A stretch of DNA of 63,823 bases, filler included, from Octopus bimaculoides (Eukaryota), in assembly GCF_001194135.2 (NCBI RefSeq). It is 4 parts of 4 records of this genome, joined end to end, with 100 filler letters (N's around TTAATTAATTAA, not from the genome) between each part and the next. Parts side by side here need not be neighbours in the genome. Positions count along the whole stretch, not along the records: positions 61,102 to 63,823 come from NW_026350817.1; 3 more parts are not named here. One strand, given 5' to 3'. Every line of letters starts with the position of its first letter. Positions within the stretch are counted from its first letter, which is position 1. This document shows positions 61,306 to 63,823 of the stretch, in pieces. The position numbers were made by a program, and so were the translations under genes. Under the pieces are notes generated by a model. That model was not told the DNA's origin and did no database searches. It saw nothing but the letters and a program-made list of their open reading frames with translations.

Positions 61306-61814
61306 NNNNNNNNNNNNNNNNNNNNNNNNNNNNNTATAAATATATATATATATACATACACAGAGGTTGAGAAAGTTTTTGTAAAAAATAATTGAAACAC
61401 TCACAGTATTAGCTGAAAGATTTTCTTTTAAAAAAGATATCAACTCTATTTAGAAAATTGAGAAAACAGAATGACATGAAAGTTTTGAAACTGTGCAAAC
61501 GCTTTTGTTGACTCCATAGTATGTCTGTTTGAAAACCTAATCGAAGGGGCTTACGCACAATATGAAAATATCCTTCTAAAAGATCCTTGTGAGCCTAGTT
61601 TCTCTTTAAATTTTTTGGTATATAATAATTTTTCTTATAAAGAAATGCTTCTTCGTATGTGTGTGTGTGGGTTTGTGAATATATAGGCATTAAAATACAT
61701 ACATAAAGTCAGATGTTCATGTATGTGTGAGAAGGATGAATTTGCGAGTAGTTTGACAGATTTAGTGAACAGAGCAGAGAGATCTGGTCAGCATGGAAGG
61801 TAATAACAGAGAGG

Positions 61815-61890
<76 letters not shown>

Positions 61891-62075
61891 GAATGAAAAA
61901 GATAGACACAGACAGACAGACGGAGTGACAAATATCTAAAGTAGGAAGCAAAAAAGGGGCATGGAAAACGAGGACAACGAGTATAAATACAAAGTTACTA
62001 TAGGTATAGATATGTTTTTATTATAGCCACACAGGGCTGAACACAGAAATTGGACGAAATACAAGNNNNNNNNNN

Positions 62076-62139
<64 letters not shown>

Positions 62140-62456
62140 TAGAATATTAACTTTTCCACTGTGCATCATTGTTACCAAATGGAAAGTGCAGCTAAAGTGT
62201 CTAATGACAAGTATATCACAATAAAGCAATATTATTTTGATAATTTTAGTAATAATATTTAATACTTTTACGGAGATGTACTTGCATAGCAAGAGATGTA
62301 CATAGAAATGCATGTATATATATATGCATACATATCTGCACATATATGAGAGAGTGCTGAAGAGTTCCTGGCTTTAGGTTAAAAGCACATGCAGGTGGAG
62401 CAGTTAATTATAATTTCATTTCATATATTCCTCTCTCAAATTTATGCACTTATTGC

Positions 62457-62568
<112 letters not shown>

Positions 62569-62682
62569 GCGACAGGCTTCTATACAGTTTCCACCTACTA
62601 AATTCATTCAAAATAAGCATTGATCCTGGAGCTGTTGTAGAAGACAATTGTCTCATTTACTACACAGCTACACGGATCCTAA

Positions 62683-63303
62683 AACCGAGTAGTTGCAAAA
62701 CGAACTAGCTATTTACACAGGTATGCCTGTATATTAAAGAACAAAGAGAAACCGGTTTCTTTCTGTATACATACTGGAGGTTGTTATCATTTTCGTTTTT
62801 ATATTTAATGTGGAGTTGAATGTACAACTGGAAATTGTTCACTTTTATGGTTATAATGGTTACAGTGTCAGTGTAACAATAAACGTTTAGAAGAAGAAAC
62901 AGATTTCTCACAATAAATATTTCAATTGAAATAACAATTTATTGAAGACAGAAAAAATGACGATGTAGCCATCAAAATTGGGACAATTGCAATTGAAGAA
63001 GATAAAATTACTGTTGTCTGAGAGTCATTAGAAAGGCTAAGAAGGGGAAAATTCAATTCAGATATTCAAGTACCAAATCAAATTCCCTGGATTCAGGAAT
63101 TCCTCAACGAAGTTTACCAAGACATTTTTGTTCAGAAAATTTTTTTAGAATACGAAAGACTGTAAAAACAAAAGACAAAAACAAAATCTGTCTTGATAAT
63201 TAAAGAAACGAATGAATTTATTGAAGCAGAAATCTATTTCGAATGTCAAGTAGAATGCGTGATACAAGAAAGTGGCACCAATGAACACATACTGTTGTGT
63301 TAA
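62683..63303 (+). pseudogene. Degraded reading frame of unknown origin (207 codons, 6 internal stops, Cys-rich N-half)
   Basis: One frame reads protein-like through scattered TAA/TGA: ..KPVSFCIHTGGCYHFRFYI*CGVECTTGNCSLLWL*WLQCQC..IPWIQEFLNEVYQDIFVQKIFLEYERL*. Confidence 0.35.
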
Positions 63304-63823
63304 ACACCATTAACTTATTTTCTGTTTTAATGAAATGTCTTCAGTCGAAGGTTTACTGCGACGGAATCTTAAAACTTTGAATCATTTTCACACACATACA
63401 CACAAACACACATACACACAAACACACACACACTTGCACACATACACGCATTATATATCCGTTTATACTTTTACTCTTTACTGGTTTTGCTTATTGTACA
63501 GTGGATGTGTTGCGGCACAAAATATGTTTCCATCGCTATGAATATATCTATAGAAGTATCTACACAATGATATACAGATTCGTTCTTAATACGTTCTAGC
63601 AGATTCGAATCTGAATATGTTAACTGCTGTTGTATTTTGTCTTCGGAGAACACCTTTTCCTTTCAGGTGATGCCTGTTCCCAAAACATTCGATTCATTTA
63701 TCAAATACACCAGCGATTAGCATGTTCGTATTCAGATCTACCAGAACATAATAAGAATGAATACATACATCATTGCTTTTATTCTAGCTATTCATTATAT
63801 CTATCTATCTATCTATCTATCTA

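Noticed and set aside
63667-63720. Acceptor ccttttcctttcag| followed by VMPVPKTFDSFIKYTSD*
   Set aside because: Frame is ambiguous, there is no homology cue, and it lies beyond a scaffold join; cannot be supported

Overview
AT-rich, microsatellite-dense eukaryotic intronic/intergenic DNA with many N gaps. The SINE and repeat complement looks like an octopod cephalopod (Octopus-like; inference). Three identical 100-nt markers (44N-TTAATTAATTAA-44N) show that the window is four joined scaffold pieces, so long-range linkage is uncertain. Two convincing host coding segments are present. One is a minus-strand exon (11636-12871) encoding a dual-specificity-phosphatase-fold protein whose catalytic Cys is replaced by Ser (a pseudophosphatase), with a Cys/His insertion. 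The other is an 840-nt symmetric (phase 1-1) plus-strand internal exon (49498-50337) encoding a disordered K/S/E-rich region with 8-aa KFKP repeats. A CpG-rich promoter-like zone with candidate first exons lies at 39.2-40.3 kb. The rest is TE debris: several tRNA-derived SINE families, CR1/L2-like, R4-like and HERO-like non-LTR fragments, Tc1/mariner relics, and hAT, piggyBac and Harbinger MITEs. Notable are at least five distinct minimal type-I hammerhead-ribozyme motifs of the Penelope type, including a SINE that fuses a Pol III tRNA head to an intact hammerhead. All assignments were made by eye; no database searches were run.
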